Below are positions 1 to 13,252 of a stretch of DNA of 64,000 bases, in pieces. A program made the position numbers and the translations under genes. A model generated the notes under the pieces. It did not search any database, was not told the origin of the DNA, and saw only the letters and a list, made by a program, of their open reading frames with translations. Source of the stretch: Octopus bimaculoides (lineage: Eukaryota); NCBI RefSeq assembly GCF_001194135.2, contig NC_069002.1:1100670-1164669 (forward strand), written 5' to 3'. Every line of letters begins with the position of its first letter. Position 1 is the first letter of the stretch.

Positions 1-974
1 AACAATTTCTGTCAGTGTTTGTGTTATTGTTGCTGTTGTGGTTGTCATTGTTGTTGTTATTTTATTATTGTATGGTTTCCTTGACATGTGACTTTTACTG
101 CTTATTGTTGATCTTTTCTCAATTTCGTGATTTCTTTCTTTCTTCATTTCTTTGTTTACTTTTCCTTGTGTTTATTTCTTGTTTTTTGTTTTGTTTTTAC
201 TTTCGTCTATTTTTGCTGTTTGACTGATTGACTTTGTTGAGACATTCTGCGTCTTGCACCGAATACAATACAGATACATAGTTGATGTCGCTGTGTACAA
301 GAATATAACGCATCGACATATATATATATGCACACACATACATGTGTGAGTGCGTATGTACAGATACATACAACAGATACACACATACAAAGACAGTCAG
401 AAACAGATATATGCCTACACTCACCCATACATAAATATAAGTGCCTCTGTGTGAGTGTGTGTGTGTGTGTGTATGCGTGTAAAGATGGAGAGAGATGGAT
501 ATAGACAAAGAGAAAGAGAGGGTGTAGGTGAAATAGAGATAGAATTTATGTTGGTGCGGGGTCGTGTATGTGTGTGTCACTTAATAACAGAAATATAAAT
601 AGTATTTGATATATACTGCTATAATATTACACGAACATACGTAAGCACTATTAGAGGGATAAAGAATAACACAATGGAAAATTAAACGCAATATATCAGA
701 AAAATTGCACATATTGGAAAGCAAACGTGTAAATATTATTTAACGACTGGCAGAATACCTCCCTGAAGGCAATGTTTCTGTTAGTTCACTTAATGAAGTT
801 GATTGTTATTTCTCAAAAGTTTCGAAGAGGCTTTCTTCGGAGAACTTTTCTTTAAAGAATTCTCACTAAGGCCAATGTTATGTTTTAAACAATAGCCATA
901 GAAGTAGACTTCACACAGATTTTATGAGTCGGAGAGAAGGAATTTGGGGAGGCACTTACTCCTAGGATTTCAGA

Positions 975-1220
975 GAAATCTTGGACAGTGGGGTTCCTCG
1001 ATTATCCCTAGAGGCCTTTCTGTATCAGGAGGGCCACATCTCTATCATCCTGCCCGCCATTTTTTTTTACCTCTGTATGCTATGCATATGTCCCTTCGTT
1101 TTCAATGTATACTCACCTTTTTTTTTTTTATCATTTCGTTATTATATGGAAACCCCCACACTTTATGTCTGTCTTTGTATTGTCCTCCGCATCCTTCGCT
1201 CTTGTCGCAAATAAATGAAA
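975..1220 (+). mobile_element. LINE-type 3' end (tail family T), copy 1; clade uncertain (possibly L1/Tx1-like)
   Basis: Aligns by eye along its length with 12920-13165. Ends in AATAAA-TGAAA followed by (ATC)n/(ATT)n. Confidence 0.6.
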
Positions 1221-1251
1221 TCATCATCATCATCATCGTCGTCGTCGTCTG

Positions 1252-1311
<60 letters not shown>

Positions 1312-1524
1312 CATTATTATATCAATAATATTGATGACATGCAGTTGAAATTTTAATTGACGCAGCTGGTATTCGTAGCTGAAAGATCGAAAATGTACCT
1401 GGCATTTAACTGTGGGTGATATTGTTTTCCTCAGATAAACCAAGATGAGACATACTTATGATGAAAGGCTTCCCACCCGTAGCCAACCCGTCTCATATTA
1501 AAAGACGCTAAACGGTACGCAATA

Positions 1525-1600
1525 TTTATCTAATGTGTCCTTCATTTGTGTAACGAAACTAGAGAACTAGTTGTGAGGGCGCTGTAGCTGCTATTCCTGT
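1525..1600 (-). mobile_element. Dispersed repeat fragment (family C, probably a SINE 3' part)
   Basis: Shares TGTGTCCTTCATTT...TGAGGG...GCTGCTATTC with 3825-3920, and in reverse complement with 43560-43630. Confidence 0.45.
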
Positions 1601-1787
1601 TGTATTTTTGTATCACTAAGTGAAAAGACGAAGCATTCAACTCCCGTTGCTGGCTTCTAACTTCGCACGCTTTTGAGTTCCATGCATAGAGAAACGGTAG
1701 AAAACTTTTACAAAAGTTATTCCGACATCCACATCTGCAAATAAGATACACGTAGTTACATCTAATTCCTAACACATGAGAAACTAA

Positions 1788-1852
<65 letters not shown>

Positions 1853-3098
1853 NNNNNNNNNNNNNNNNNNNNNNNNNNNNNNNNNNNNNNNNNNNNNNNN
1901 NNNNNNNNNNNNNNNNNNNNNNNNNNNNNNNNNNNNNNNNNNNNNNNNNNNNNNNNNNNNNNNNNNNNNNNNNNNNNNNNNNNNNNNNNNNNNNNNNNNN
2001 NNNNNNNNNNNNNNNNNNNNNNNNNNNNNNNNNNNNNNNNNNNNNNNNNNNNNNNNNNNNNNNNNNNNNNNNNNNNNNNNNNNNNNNNNNNNNNNNNNNN
2101 NNNNNNNNNNNNNNNNNNNNNNNNNNNNNNNNNNNNNNNNNNNNNNNNNNNNNNNNNNNNNNNNNNNNNNNNNNNNNNNNNNNNNNNNNNNNNNNNNNNN
2201 NNNNNNNNNNNNNNNNNNNNNNNNNNNNNNNNNNNNNNNNNNNNNNNNNNNNNNNNNNNNNNNNNNNNNNNNNNNNNNNNNNNNNNNNNNNNNNNNNNNN
2301 NNNNNNNNNNNNNNNNNNNNNNNNNNNNNNNNNNNNNNNNNNNNNNNNNNNNNNNNNNNNNNNNNNNNNNNNNNNNNNNNNNNNNNNNNNNNNNNNNNNN
2401 NNNNNNNNNNNNNNNNNNNNNNNNNNNNNNNNNNNNNNNNNNNNNNNNNNNNNNNNNNNNNNNNNNNNNNNNNNNNNNNNNNNNNNNNNNNNNNNNNNNN
2501 NNNNNNATATATATATATATATATATATATACATACCTGTGCATATATAGATATGCAAATATATGTGTCTATATAATGTATATGCATATATGCATGTACA
2601 CATGTGTATACATATTTGTATTTGTGTGTGTGTGTGTATATATGCACATGTACGCGTACACATACATATATGTGCGTGTGTAAATATCTTTATATATGCT
2701 TGTGTATATGCGTATATATGTATATGTGTACATATATGTATATATATTTATATATATATATATATATATGCAAACACGTATTACACACTAACGTAACTTT
2801 GTGGTGTGTGAGTGTATATGTGTGTATGTAAGTGTGTTTATATTTGTATGCCTACAGTGTATCTATACACATTTCAAAGCTAAAGAATGCACATTTACCT
2901 TCACACGCACATTTACACACAAACACACAGAGACCTGCGCACAGAGACGCATACAGTCGCAAAAGCACATACACGTTTGGAAGCATCGTCCATACACACA
3001 CACACACACACATGTAGTTATAGTTGAGCATATGGTCTTACATATTCCCATAGGTGCATAAACTAGAATTAAGATTCTTATCTCTTCTAGAATAAGAT

Positions 3099-3146
3099 GT
3101 ATACATGAGGTGTAGTGTGTATACATGAGGTGTAGTGTGTATACAT
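3099..3146. repeat. 20-bp perfect tandem duplication (GTATACATGAGGTGTAGTGT x2 plus partial)
   Basis: Directly visible. Confidence 0.9.
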
Positions 3147-3426
3147 ATCGATGTATGCAATTGCATTTGGTTCAAACAACAAGCGTAAATTGATCAGAAA
3201 GCAGGATATTCATACGAATAATATTCGGCATTTCACTTTACTCTGGGAAAGCAGTTGTTGTTGTTTACTGCCTTCGTTTTCGTTTTTCTTGTTATCGTTG
3301 TTTCTGTTGTTGTTGTTTTTGTTGTTGTTGTTGTTGTTGTTTAGCACCAGGTCAGTCATAATTTAGTGGAGCTATACTTCAAAGGAATTTTAGCCGTAAC
3401 TACCCCCATCTTTCCTTATCTTTCTT

Positions 3427-3514
3427 AGGACTGTGGTTAAGAGGTTCGTTTCTCAAACCTCGAGGTCTTGGATTCAATCTCACTGCTTGGCGCCTTGGGC
3501 AAATATCATCTTCT
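3427..3514 (+). mobile_element. Degenerate tRNA-derived SINE head (family B-like)
   Basis: TGTGGTTAAG A-box-like and GGATTCAATCTC B-box-like motifs, followed by CGCCTTGGGCAA matching GGCACCTTGGCCAAG at ~48980. Confidence 0.55.
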
Positions 3515-3824
3515 TTGGTCCCTTGTCTTCCCATAATATCTCGGCTACAATGAAAACTGCATAAAGCCTCATCGGTTGTTATTATACCTGTAATTAAAAA
3601 CGAAATGTCTTGTGAAATATTCCGTCTCACTGATTCTGTCAGAAAATTATACCCGATGATATACGTGACGACTGTGAAATACTCAGCCAATTTAACGTGT
3701 TGTATCCTCGTCATTTCCAAAAATATATAATTCAGTGCTTCTTTCCCTTTATAAGGACAGTAGTTATGCTCAAAGTAATTCTCACCGTGAACTCTTCAAC
3801 GATTATTTAATTGATAGTGTCTCT

Positions 3825-3920
3825 ATGAGATGTGTCCTTCATTTTCACAAAGACGGTGAAGCGTGATTTGAGGGAATTATTTTGGCTGCTATTCTTAGCA
3901 AGTTGAGAGACTACGTACGT
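3825..3920 (-). mobile_element. Dispersed repeat fragment (family C)
   Basis: Motif similarity to 1525-1600 and 43560-43630. Confidence 0.45.
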
Positions 3921-4274
3921 GTTCCAACGTGGAAATCTACTGTTAAATAAGAGCAATATTAATCAATCAGTGATTAAGAAGTGGGATGCATTGTCACTAT
4001 TTTGTAGCCCTGGTCCAACTCTAACTGGACAAACCAAAGAATTATATTTGGGATTATCGAAAGAGATTCGCAGTGAACGATACCGACGCCATTTACCAAA
4101 GTAAGAGGAGAGGCAATTAGCAAAACTCTTGGCCCCTGAATATCATTCGATAACGACTGTCGATTATTATTCATAATATATATGTATGTGTGTGGGGTGG
4201 TGGTGTATACACACTCAAGTATATGTTACATATACAGATATATATACACCCCCCATATATATATACATAAAGAA

Positions 4275-4339
<65 letters not shown>

Positions 4340-4634
4340 CAGAAAGAAAAGTAAAGGTCGACTAAGTAGAAAGGACGAAAGAATGAAATGAGGAAAATAG
4401 GAAAGAGTATGTGAGTGGTGGTGGGGGGGGGCATAAATGTATTTTGAAAAGTTGTTGGTGTGATCAATATTCAAGACCGGATTTCATTGTTAATTTATGG
4501 TGATGTTACGTAAAGAGTAACACAGACTTTCATGTCATATGATCATCGACAAATACATATATAGATATACATATGTATATATAGACGTATGCAGATATAT
4601 AAATGTAAATTCGCGCATATTAGTTTGCGCCCCA

Positions 4635-4671
<37 letters not shown>

Positions 4672-4750
4672 TAGAACGGATGCATACATTCGTATGTACA
4701 AGATTATAAATACATACGTGCATGCACACAACCATCAGTCTATCCATCCT

Positions 4751-4832
<82 letters not shown>

Positions 4833-5511
4833 TACGATCATACATGCGTATATACACACATCCATACACATATACATACATATATGCATACTTGCATATA
4901 CATATTTACAAACACACATGCACACATAACATACACACACAAGCTTAAATATTAGTTACAATTCTAGTGAATAGTTATTAACTGTATATGCGCAAGTGAA
5001 CCTATCAGAGAAGTAGTCTCCATCTTCGAAACTGGATAAATGGTACAAAGAATATGTCAAGTGCCAGTAGAAACCATATCGCAGGGGACGTCAAAGAATA
5101 TAGCGATAGAATTTCGATTCAAATAAATTTTGGCAAGTCATACAATTAAGAATTCCAAGATTCTGACATATGCATGGAACAATCTCAAAGCTAAACAGCT
5201 TCATTCCATATCTCTGTCGCTAAGTTTCTTGTCCATCTTTTATAATTCCTTTTATGTCTTTTGACTTGGTTCTGTCCTTCTTTAATGCTATTCTATGGTT
5301 CTTTGGTTGTGTGGTTCTATGGCGGTTCTATGTTCCTTGCTTTCATCTCGTGTCTCTCCGTTTGATCTTTCGTCATCACCCGCCTGTGTATTGTTGTTTG
5401 CCTCCATGTATGCAGATCTCTGTGTATGTCTATGTACGCATTCTTCTCGATTCGTGTGTATATATTTCTCTCTTCTCCTTTCGACCTCTTCTTCTCTTCT
5501 CCCTCACAAAA

Positions 5512-5622
<111 letters not shown>

Positions 5623-5717
5623 CTTTTCTGTTTGACAGCGTGCTTTGTAAATCAGGTGATATTTGTGATTTTGTCTGTTAGTCTGTCTGTTTGTGTATCT
5701 CTCTTTATGTCTGTCTG

Positions 5718-5773
<56 letters not shown>

Positions 5774-5815
5774 CCTATCTATGTATCTATCTATGTCATG
5801 CAAATGTCCATATAC

Positions 5816-5852
<37 letters not shown>

Positions 5853-5959
5853 CGCGTGTGTATGGAGCTGTATATATATATAAATATTTTAAAATGCTTC
5901 AACTGAAGATCTTGCGTAAGAGATGAAATTTTCATTATATCTACTGTGCAATAATCTGA

Positions 5960-6134
5960 ACACATAAAACACCAACATGAGTATGTGGTACATGTAAAGT
6001 GTTAGCAGGCGCTCAGGAAAGGAAAGAAATATGGTTTAACGTTTCGAGCAGACGCTCTTCTTCAGAAACAGAGGAAAGTCCAATAGAAAGGAAAACATTG
6101 TTACATTTGAAATGACCGGAACGTGTTTTTGTAG

Positions 6135-6135
<1 letters not shown>
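5960..6135 (-). mobile_element. Probable Penelope-like element terminal (pLTR) fragment carrying a hammerhead motif
   Basis: Contains the minimal hammerhead core at 6034-6069 and abuts microsatellite DNA. Boundaries are approximate. Confidence 0.45.
6034..6069 (-). ncRNA. Minimal type I hammerhead ribozyme motif
   Basis: Minus strand reads GTTT-CTGAAGA-A-GAGC-GTCT-GCTC-GAAA-CG-TT-AAAC: CUGANGA core, 4-bp stem II with tetraloop, GAAA, palindromic ACGU in place of stem III, and 4-bp stem I (GUUU/AAAC). Confidence 0.6.
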
Positions 6136-6201
<66 letters not shown>

Positions 6202-7346
6202 AAAACGTGCATATATACATATATATATTTACTCACGCATATATGCACCCTTATACATTACATATATATATATATACGTATGCATGTGTCGTTCTAAGTT
6301 CTCATTCGTTTCCCCACCATCTCTCAGCCTTTCCTGCTCTTTACCACAGAATTGCGAGGCTCGTTTCCTCTCACTCACTCACTTATACACTCACTGATTC
6401 TTACTCTATCCATCCCTCTCGTGCTCCTCCTACTATCACATTATTGTCTTATATCAAACCAATATCCGCCATTTAATTATCTCCCATAATATTGACAATA
6501 CCATACCTTTCTTTTTGTCTTTCATCTTGCTTCCAACATTCCGTTCCTATGCTTTTCTACGTATACTAATGAGGTGGAGTCAAACGTCTTTAACAACTGA
6601 CAGACAGAGAACTCATCAGGGGAAGCGAGGGAATTACATGCTGTACCAAAACTACGTCTACAGTAAACCTAAGGTCCCGGAGTCAGAAGTTCGATATTCT
6701 AGTTTCCAGAGACGTGACATTCACTTTGTAATTAATTGTGACATTTAAGTATAAATGAACTGTCTACCTGTCTATACACTGATACGGACACACACACGGG
6801 CGCGCGCGCGCACACACATGTGCATACATATATGTATACATAAAGATATATGTATATATACCTTTCTATATTTATACGCATATGCATAGAATGATAATTG
6901 AATATATATAGACGCGTGTGGGTCTATAGATTGTGTCGAATACTTGCATGCGTGTGAATATATGACGCTAAACGCTGATTTTATACATACATACATACAT
7001 ACATGCATACATACACACATACATACATACATGCATACATACATACAACCGAACGTACATAAGCACACAAACGTATACTTATGCTCGAGTATTTACACAT
7101 AGAATATACATGCATGCGTATACATAAACGCACGCATAAACACACTCACATACACCCAAACATATACAGACCCATATTTGCACACACATACGCGGGTGAA
7201 AACACACATATGTACACACGCATTCCCAACCTCACACACCTGTAGATTTACGTATATATATATCTAGTTATATCCATCATATTAGCAACAGTCAAAGGTA
7301 CAGGTGATCTCAAGCTCACAGTTCAGTGAGAATTTTATTAAACTTA

Positions 7347-7347
7347 T

Positions 7348-7419
<72 letters not shown>

Positions 7420-7420
7420 T
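7347..7420. repeat. (ACT)n microsatellite
   Basis: Directly visible. Confidence 0.95.
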
Positions 7421-8516
7421 CCACCGATGCCGAGAGTCTATGGAGCTGTTTCTGGCTTGTGTGTAAAGAAACAGTGAATTCAAATAAAGTTGTGTTGCTG
7501 TTATTTTCGTAGTTATATTTCGTTTCTATTGTTCATCTCCAAAGTCGAGTCCCGTAATCAAAGGTATTTTTCATATTAAACAACTGTTACAGGATAATTG
7601 AGAGTTCGTATGATTCCATCTAATTTCGGATTTTACATTTTAGATTTGCTGCTTTTCTATAAATATAGTTCATGGGTTAATACTTGTCCATTAATGATAG
7701 ATGTATATGTGCATACATCCCTTATAAGTGTGTATACACATGTACAACCATCAACGTATGTAGTCAAATATGTAATATGTATGTATGTATAAACGTGTGT
7801 TTATTAAAATCGCGAGAGTTTTTGTAGAAAACATATACAGTAGTATACATACGAAAATTTTTTTTAATATATAAATTTACGTTAAACTGTCAAACAAATT
7901 TTCGCTGACACAAGCACATCAATACACACTGTCACATGTATAGTAACACACATACACGTGTGTGTATGATTATGCATAGCTATGAGTATACACACACACA
8001 CATGCACACACACATCTACATATATTTCAACACACGACCATATATACATGCGGCGAGTGCTTTCAAAAATGATATACGTATTAATATACACATACCTACA
8101 CATATGTATGATATATACAAACATATTAATTTATAAATACATTCATATATACATAGATGCATGCAAAGAGGTAAAAAGCACCTTTTCATGAAACAAAAAT
8201 TCTATGTATTGTACGCAAAATAAACATACATGTATATGTATAGCGTATGCACGTTTATGTATGTATATATCTGTACGTATGTAAGCAATATGTATATGCA
8301 TATCTGGAGCAGAGTTTCACGTATCTATTTAAACACATGCCTAAAACAAATATTTATTTAGATTTTATTATGAAGATGATTTTGAAAAAAAAAGAAGAAA
8401 AAAAAAAAGGAAATAAAGATGGTTATATAGACACTCATTGATATTATCAAGAAATAGGATGTGACGTTTATGTTCCTAAACAGAAGCATTTCAGTTACAT
8501 GACAAATCTCTTTGTG

Positions 8517-8578
<62 letters not shown>

Positions 8579-9215
8579 TTGCAGATATTTAAGATACATG
8601 CTAAAATATATTTTAAACATTAATACATATTGAACATTCTAATGATTTTTGTTCAGGGAAGTTGCATATGCATAGATAGAGATATACATATATACATATA
8701 GGCATATGGAACACATACGCACACACACACTTATATATAAGTGTGTGTGCGTGTGTACGTGCATACTTACACACACGTATACATACATATACATACATAC
8801 ATATATACACGTACATACATACATATACATACACACATGCATAAATATATACATACCTACATACATACATACATATACATACATACATATACATACATAC
8901 ATATACATACATACATACATATACATACATACATACATGCATACATACGCATATGCATATTATCCTATTCCTTCTGTACAATAATTGCGAAGCAATATTA
9001 AGTAACAGAGAAAATATTAACATGTCTGTGGGTGATTCATGTTTTCAGGTTTTATATGAACGATTTGAAACATTAAAACTAATCTGTAGACATTTTTCCC
9101 TCTTTTCTGCTATCAAAGATTTGCTGAGATTAACACAAGTATATTTAAACGAAACCATCACATGCCTTCTGGCGTCTACACTCGTTGTCTATATAGTTTC
9201 ATGTACGTCTGTGTA

Positions 9216-9273
<58 letters not shown>

Positions 9274-9963
9274 TTTCTTATTTATGCTGGTGTTTCTGAG
9301 TAAAAGTTACACATGTTATGTCAACATGTTCCTGGGTAACCATCTATAAAATTTTCTATTAATCAATTTATAGAAAATTATGTGTGTATATATATATATA
9401 TGTATGTGTGTATGTATACATATATATGAATATTTATATGGATATGGAAGTGTGTATATATATATATATATATATANNNNNNNNNNNNNNNNNNNNNNNN
9501 NNNNNNNNNNNNNNNNNNNNNNNNNNNNNNNNNNNNNNNNNNNNNNNNNNNNNNNNNNNNNNNNNNNNNNNNNNNNNNNNNNNNNNNNNNNNNNNNNNNN
9601 NNNNNNNNNNNNNNNNNNNNNNNNNNNNNNNNNNNNNNNNNNNNNNNNNNNNNNNNNNNNNNNNNNNNNNNNNNNNNNNNNNNNNNNNNNNNNNNNNNNN
9701 NNNNNNNNNNNNNNNNNNNNNNNNNNNNNNNNNNNNNNNNNNNNNNNNNNNNNNNNNNNNNNNNNNNNNNNNNNNNNNNNNNNNNNNNNNNNNNNNNNNN
9801 NNNNNNNNNNNNNNNNNNNNNNNNNNNNNNNNNNNNNNNNNNNNNNNNNNNNNNNNNNNNNNNNNNNNNNNNNNNNNNNNNNNNNNNNNNNNNNNNNNNN
9901 NNNNNNNNNNNNNNNNNNNNNNNNNNNNNNNNNNNNNNNNNNNNNNNNNNNNNNNNNNNNNNN

Positions 9964-10018
<55 letters not shown>

Positions 10019-10451
10019 CATGTGTCCTGAAACATGTATATAATTATATATTCTTGCACGCATATACATAGAAAAATAAAATACTTAGAAAGTGATATAG
10101 GTGTCTATATCAATTTATATACATAAAAAATGTATATATATAAATATGTATATAAATATCTGATCTTAAAGATTGAGTATAATATCTCAGACAAGAAACA
10201 AACACCTCTCCCTGACCCGCTCCCCGCGCACACAGACCCATACACGCTTTCAAGCACACACACGCACATATACGCATACACATATATAAACTTATAAACA
10301 CACATATGAACAGACTCACACATACACACACACAAATTCATATATGCAAGATGCCACGCACTCACATTTTTCATATTATTTTATAAATTCCTCCCCGTCC
10401 CCGTTAATACATTCGCCATATTATTATTATTATTACTATTTTTTTTTTCAG

Positions 10452-10511
10452 TGTCCATGGGCTATCCTATCGTATTTGCTTTCCTTCATCTAATATTGCT
10501 CTCTGGAAGAC
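10452..10511 (+). CDS. Candidate exon with start codon (ATG at 10457) encoding a signal-peptide-like MGYPIVFAFLHLILLSGR; phase-1 donor
   Basis: Acceptor ttttttttttcag|, donor GAC|gtacgt, hydrophobic core IVFAFLHLILL. No homology recognised and no downstream exons confirmed. Confidence 0.33.
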
Positions 10512-10740
10512 GTACGTTGACATAAAGACGTATATTAAAATGTATACATAAAACGACAAAATTGTGTACGTTTTATGTATATTGCGACTGTGTGTGCGTG
10601 CATAGGTATGTGTGTGTGTGTTTCATTTGGAAATATTTATTGCAAATTGAATATGATTCTTCATATTAGAAATTTTGTAGAGAAAAACTGTTTCGTAATA
10701 TAAAATCTCAGTCTTGCCATTCTTTAACTGCGAAATGATG

Positions 10741-10784
<44 letters not shown>

Positions 10785-10786
<2 letters not shown>

Positions 10787-10840
10787 AATACCCACCAAAA
10801 CACACACACACACCAATACCCACCAAAACACACACACACA
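10785..10840. repeat. 28-bp tandem duplication (CCAATACCCACCAAAACACACACACACA) inside a (CA)n array
   Basis: Directly visible. Confidence 0.85.
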
Positions 10841-11151
10841 CATATACGTAGATACATACATATATATTTGTATATGTATAATTTCGCCTCTTTTTTTTTT
10901 AAATGCTCTTATATAAGCACTCAACAGTTGTGCTTCTCGATACACGCCGCAGATAACTAAATAGTGAATGGTTTAATAAAATTATATAAATATTAATGGT
11001 TGCCGTTCAGTCTTCAATACATGGAGTCGTAACACGGACATAGAGACACACGCATGCGTAAAGAAACTCTCGCACACTTATACCGATATGTACATATATA
11101 TGTATATATTCATGTATATGTGTGTGTAAGTATATCTATCTACCTACCTAC

Positions 11152-11216
<65 letters not shown>

Positions 11217-11224
11217 AATCTAAT

Positions 11225-11748
11225 AGCACCAATACGAAAGCAATGATTGTGAAAGGCCTTATAGTGACCACTGCACCGGTAACAACAGCAACAGCAACAG
11301 CCGCATCAGTAAAACATACCACTACCACCATCACCACCACCACGACAAACAACAAATACCACCACAACAAAGTGACCACTGATACAACCGTCAACTCAAC
11401 AATAAAAAAAAAATCGCAAACACAACAACCAATACCAACACAACAAGAAAATCACAACCACTGCCATCATCATCATCATGAACAACAGTAAATAAGAAAA
11501 ACCACCACTACCTCCAACAACAACAACAACAGCAAAACAAGACGGCCACCAGCAAGAATAACAATACAAAGAGCACCAACGAAAAAGAAAAAAAAACAAA
11601 GGAAAATTGGGATAAGGTAATCTTGGAGTAATTGTACGAGAGCGCAACTTATTGGAAGAACCAATGTGGTTTCATCGTGTGCCGGCAATGGCTTCAGTAT
11701 TTGGTTCTGTCGCTTCGAGTCGAAAACAACATCCCCCCTCCTTCTCCT

Positions 11749-11794
<46 letters not shown>

Positions 11795-11825
11795 TACAAC
11801 AACAACAACAACGGCAACAACAGCA
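11225..11825. repeat. Mosaic degenerate trinucleotide low-complexity tract (ACA/CCA/CAT)
   Basis: Directly visible; source of spurious ORFs. Confidence 0.8.
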
Positions 11826-12169
11826 CTTACGGATGCCCGTAAACTTATAAACCGTTAACGTAACAAGATTTTATATTAAAAGCAAATATTGCGCTTAAAA
11901 ATTCTCGCCATTTAATTGAAGTGAGACGACTTGCATCAAAGAAAAATTTCTTTATAATAATATCACCGTGCCAAGATTGGTTCCTACGTATTGGTTCTAT
12001 TTCCTAAATACTTTTAAATGATTTCCTTGCTTCCAATGCCGTTTTCCACCATTATCCGCCGGTATTATACAACTATTTGCACGCTATGACCTTATAATGA
12101 GAATGTCTTCAAAAAGTTTCCTGTTAGCTATAGATGTGGGGAAACTTGAAATAAATGACAAATAACAAA

Positions 12170-12210
12170 TAATAAATAATAATAATAATAACAATAATAA
12201 TAATAATAAC

Positions 12211-12251
<41 letters not shown>

Positions 12252-12264
12252 TAATAATAATAAC

Positions 12265-12302
<38 letters not shown>

Positions 12303-12309
12303 TAATAAC

Positions 12310-12360
<51 letters not shown>

Positions 12361-12361
12361 T
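12170..12361. repeat. (AAT/AAC)n microsatellite, ~190 bp
   Basis: Directly visible. Confidence 0.95.
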
Positions 12362-12639
12362 GTTAGAGAAATAAAAAAATGATTTGCCACCCACACAGAA
12401 GACAAGCTAATTAAAAAAAGAAAACAAAAAAGACACTGCCTTGATGATTATGTGTGTGTGTATGTTTCTGTGTCGGTATGTGTGTGTGTGTGTGTGTGTG
12501 TGTGCATGTGTGTGCATGTGTGTGCGCGCGTGTGTGTGTATGTATGCATGTATGTATACACATATGCAGAGTGCGGTTTATATATTGTCATCTAAATTAT
12601 GCAAAAATGAAAATAACACACATGGACATATAATTCTAT

Positions 12640-12915
12640 ATTGTTTCATTCTTTTACCGGTTTCAGTCAGAGCCTAGGACCATGCTGGAGCATCGCTTTC
12701 CAGTGATTTTGTGTCTCTTTCCGGTACCGGTTTTGATGAAGAAGCAAGTAAGACGAAGCTGGTCTTCTTTCTATCTCCTGTCGTGATGTGGGCTTATCTG
12801 GGATTTCAGATAGAAATCTATCCAAGTGCTCTTGAAGGTTTGCACATCTACACCTTGCAGATCCCTGAGGTACTTGGCCGGATGTTAAACAATTGTGGTC
12901 CTCTGAAACCCAATG
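12640..12915 (-). mobile_element. 5'-truncated CR1/L2-type LINE 3' end (ORF2 C-terminus plus 3' UTR), decayed
   Basis: With two frameshifts the minus strand reads GFRGPQLFNI(R)PKYLRDLQGVDVQTFKSxLDRFLSEIPDKPTSRQEIERRPASSYLLLHQ, matching the CR1-type ORF2 C-terminal pattern GP.LFN.LP..R...FK..LD.FL..IPD.P. Short 3' UTR ends GTAAAAGAATGAAACAA. Confidence 0.75.
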
Positions 12916-12919
12916 TGGG

Positions 12920-13164
12920 AAATCTTGGACAGTGGGGGCTCCTCGATTATCTCTAGAGGCCCTCCTGTATCAGGAGGACCACATCTCTATCATCCTCCTC
13001 GCCATTTCTTTTTACCTTTGTATGCTCTCTGCGCATGTCCCTTCTTTTCCAGTCTATACTGTGTATACTTTATTTCTTTTTATCATTTCATTATTATATA
13101 TAAACCCCACACTTTATGTCTGTATTGTCCCCCTCATTTTTCGCCCTTGTGGCAAATAAATGAA

Positions 13165-13165
<1 letters not shown>
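12920..13165 (+). mobile_element. LINE-type 3' end (tail family T), copy 2
   Basis: Homologous to 975-1220. Ends GCCCTTGTGGCAAATAAATGAA followed by (ATT)n. Confidence 0.6.

Positions 13166-13252
<87 letters not shown>

Noticed and set aside
12711-12956. 81-aa + strand ORF with PVVMWAYLG (RLE-like PVVIGALG)
   Set aside because: It is the antisense frame of the minus-strand CR1 ORF2 C-terminus.
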